From: Lingula anatina
Lineage: Eukaryota > Animalia > Brachiopoda
Reading direction: 5' to 3'
Length of the DNA stretch: 64,000 nucleotides
Assembly: GCA_051362555.1 (NCBI GenBank)
Contig: CM120648.1
Location: 7,002,587 to 7,066,586 of the forward strand
Part shown: positions 61,257 to 64,000 of the stretch, piece after piece
Layout: the number at the start of each line of letters is the position of its first letter
How positions within the stretch are numbered: position 1 is the first letter of the stretch
Position numbers and translations under genes: made by a program
Notes under the pieces: model-generated
Told to the model about the DNA's origin: nothing
Seen by the model: only the letters and a program-made list of their open reading frames with translations
Databases searched by the model: none

Positions 61257-62972
61257 TGGGTATATATGTATGTGTAACAACCTGCAAAAATCGAATTTAA
61301 TACCACCTACAATAAAGAGCAATAAACAAAACAGCTTGTTCAAGTTAATACTTTCAAGATACATTGCTTGTGGTAAATGAATGACGCCCTGGCGCTGTAT
61401 ATCGACTGTCTTTAATATAATACAGACTTGACATTTAATATGGAATATTTTTTTCCAAGTAATTTTTCGTCAGTTTTTTTTTTTTTTTTTTTTACCTATT
61501 TTGCTGACTGATGAATGAAAATAAGGATTAAAATCGTGTATAATAACTTATAAATTATCTCTTTGATGACATGGTGACATCAGTTCATTGATTGGAATCG
61601 ACAGTGAAGCAAACAGAAATACATTGCCTATTCTATGTCATAGTCATACGTTAAAAAAGATATTTTGGATCTCCATATTTTCCAAATTATCGTCTGTAAA
61701 AGAGTTAATTGCTCCACAAAAGACCCTCATGTCAGTTTCTAGTCACAGTAATGGTCGCTGTTACGCCTGGCCTCTTCTGGTTGTTACCCGCGCTCTCAAG
61801 CGGCAAAGCATTCCTTGGGGTAGGTTTTTAGAGTTCAATCTGTAAGAACATTCCAGGAATCGGTCAAAAGTTGTCCAATTTGGTCCAGTTTTGTTGTAGG
61901 GCATGTAGGCAGTTGATTTGGTGAGTAATGACCTACTCACATATTGTTTATGTGGTTCAAATGTGGCGATTTTGATGACCAGGGTAGCTGCTCATTCCCT
62001 TGGTTCTGTAAGTTATCTGCTATTAAAAGTGCTCTGTGTGAACCGGCAACCTCACCGTGCAACCTAAAATTGTTCCTAAGGTGCCCCCTGTCAAATGATA
62101 GTCAAGTCGTTCCGAAATTATCCCTTTATTTGATCTGATTCAGTGGTACCCACTCCAAATACTGACGCTGTCAATGATCCTTGTCACTTTTGACCCGGCA
62201 CATGCTTCGTCGTAGGCCTCTGCTGGGTGTCTGTAAACTCTGTTTTGACTAATTGGGCGGTGCAAGTTAAATTTGACCTCAATAAAGAAAGCCACGCGGT
62301 TTCAGTGTTCTACCCAGAAACGGTCATGGCCCCCAATTAATTATAGAAACAGACGACGATGTTTTGCTGTTTGCAGTGGGTGCCTCGGAGGTCGTTTGGT
62401 ATTCTAACCTGCTAAAACCAGTTTGGTGGTCGCTAAAGGCTTTGAAAAATGCGTTTTGGTGGCAATTTACCCTTCGTTCTGAACGGACTAGGTGTTTTTT
62501 GTTTACCGGTAGTTGCAGCAGCGTATTCCGACAGACAGTGGGTCCTGTACCCTGTAGGTAATATTTCGATACATTGGGGGTGACCTCTGTGTAGGTACGT
62601 ACATCAGTCTGGGCATTACTCTATAAAACTGTGGGTACCGTTCCGTTTGGCGCTATAATCTGTCTGGTAATGTCTGTCTTTTTCGCGCCATTCTGCCACA
62701 GATTAACAAATTTGTAATGCACTACTTAGCTCATTTAACGCACTGCAAAACTGACCGCTTGCATGCAAAATTTCAAATTCTTCTATCCAGTAGTTGCCGA
62801 CAAATGGATACTTTTTTGACAGAACCAAGCTTTGGCCAGCCCAAAGGAGCACTACCCAATAAAACCACTGCATATTACATAATGTAGCAGCGCAACAGAC
62901 ATGAAAGTCAGTACATTGGTAGCGACACACCTGACTACACACTTCTCCATTCACAAATCTTCTATGAGATCG

Positions 62973-63011
<39 letters not shown>

Positions 63012-63117
63012 ACGAATTTTTACCTAGGCATAACTTCGAAACTGAAATATTCCATATTAAATGCCAAGTCTGTAGATAACGTGTATTCAAATATATTGTT
63101 ATAAAGCACTTCAACAT

Positions 63118-64000
63118 CTAAATAAAATTGTTCTCTACAGTTTGGGAGGAACTATCTCCACGTCGAAAACAATAATTATTGGCGATTTCGTGAACTAAAG
63201 AGCCAAGACGCTTCCGAAACACACGGGACCTCAGTGTATATATGTAAGGATTAGCACATGTATTAATAAAAGCAAGTGCGCCTGCAATTATACTTGCAAT
63301 ATACTGGTTTTTACTAAGATTTGACGCTTGTAATTCGAATACCATATTAATGATTAGAAAAGGCAAAATGCTAATTAGAAATGTGGCTAATACAATTAAA
63401 CTAGACATAATAACTTGATGGTCTTTCTGTATGAGTTTGACATAATGCATGTCCGAACCTGTGCGCACCTCCATAGCGTCGGTCGTTTCTTCTACAAGTA
63501 TATCTATGGCGTCAAGAGCAGGGTTCTCGTTGGATCTTGTCCGTCGAATTTGGACACTCGCGGAATTTCCTCTTTGGGAGAATTGCACTACGTTTGCTTG
63601 CTGCGAGGTGGAGGAGGATGAAACTTCTGGCAGTCGCTGATCGTCCTCATCCAAAACATCTTCTATACTGGACTGCGCCTTTCCTGAATATTTTTCTATA
63701 CGATCGCAAGCATTACGCCTTTTTTGATCCTGTCGTGAGGCACGCCCTAATTGAGTAAACGTTGGAGAAGATGATTCTCTTGTGTTGTCGCCAACTTCCG
63801 CCAGAAACATGTCAGCGACATTCCTGGATACTGTATGGACGGTATGACCAGTGTAATAAGGTTTAATCATTATGCGTTGCTTTAAAATTTTCTTCACTAC
63901 CGACAGATAAGATACGATTGTTACTATAACGCAAGTTATCCCTAAAGTATAAGTAATAACGAATAAAACCCCGAGTGGCCGATCTTCGCCCTTGTGACAT
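63118..64000 (-). CDS. Rhodopsin-like (class A) GPCR, 3' part (TM5, long ICL3, TM6, TM7, tail); N-terminus outside the window
   Basis: The frame is open to the window edge (LGVLFVITYTLGITCVIVTIVSYLSVVKKI = TM5). TM6 FLISILPF; TM7 INTCANPYIY (NPxxY) then helix 8 SRVFRKRL. No introns in the visible part. Confidence 0.9.
   Translation of the reverse strand, partial: CHKGEDRPLGVLFVITYTLGITCVIVTIVSYLSVVKKILKQRIMIKPYYTGHTVHTVSRNVADMFLAEVGDNTRESSSPTFTQLGRASRQDQKRRNACDRIEKYSGKAQSSIEDVLDEDDQRLPEVSSSSTSQQANVVQFSQRGNSASVQIRRTRSNENPALDAIDILVEETTDAMEVRTGSDMHYVKLIQKDHQVIMSSLIVLATFLISILPFLIINMVFELQASNLSKNQYIASIIAGALAFINTCANPYIYTLRSRVFRKRLGSLVHEIANNYCFRRGDSSSQTVENNFI

Overview
AT-rich, intron-dense animal genomic DNA. 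Gene content and repeat types suggest a marine invertebrate, probably a lophotrochozoan (inference only). Genes in order: LEKR1 (-, 15 coding exons) head-to-head with USP48 (+, 26 coding exons); a secreted-type Gln/Gly-repeat orphan (+, 222 aa, no acidic residues); a FAAP20-like UBZ gene (+); a 23-exon gene (-) with four U1/matrin-type zinc fingers and low-complexity tracts; and the 3' part of a class A GPCR (-) cut by the window end. The most unusual object is a 5.2-kb LTR retroelement (27682-32901). It has apparently identical 247-bp LTRs, an ATAT target-site duplication, an intact Gag with an N-terminal helix-hairpin-helix domain, and only decayed pol remnants. Its 3' region holds six covarying three-way-junction RNA motifs. 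It lies 20 bp upstream of the FAAP20-like start codon, and exon 2 of the same gene is split by a 3.2-kb CACTA/EnSpm-like element. All exon coordinates and homology calls were made by eye from splice consensus, phase continuity and remembered family motifs; no searches were run.
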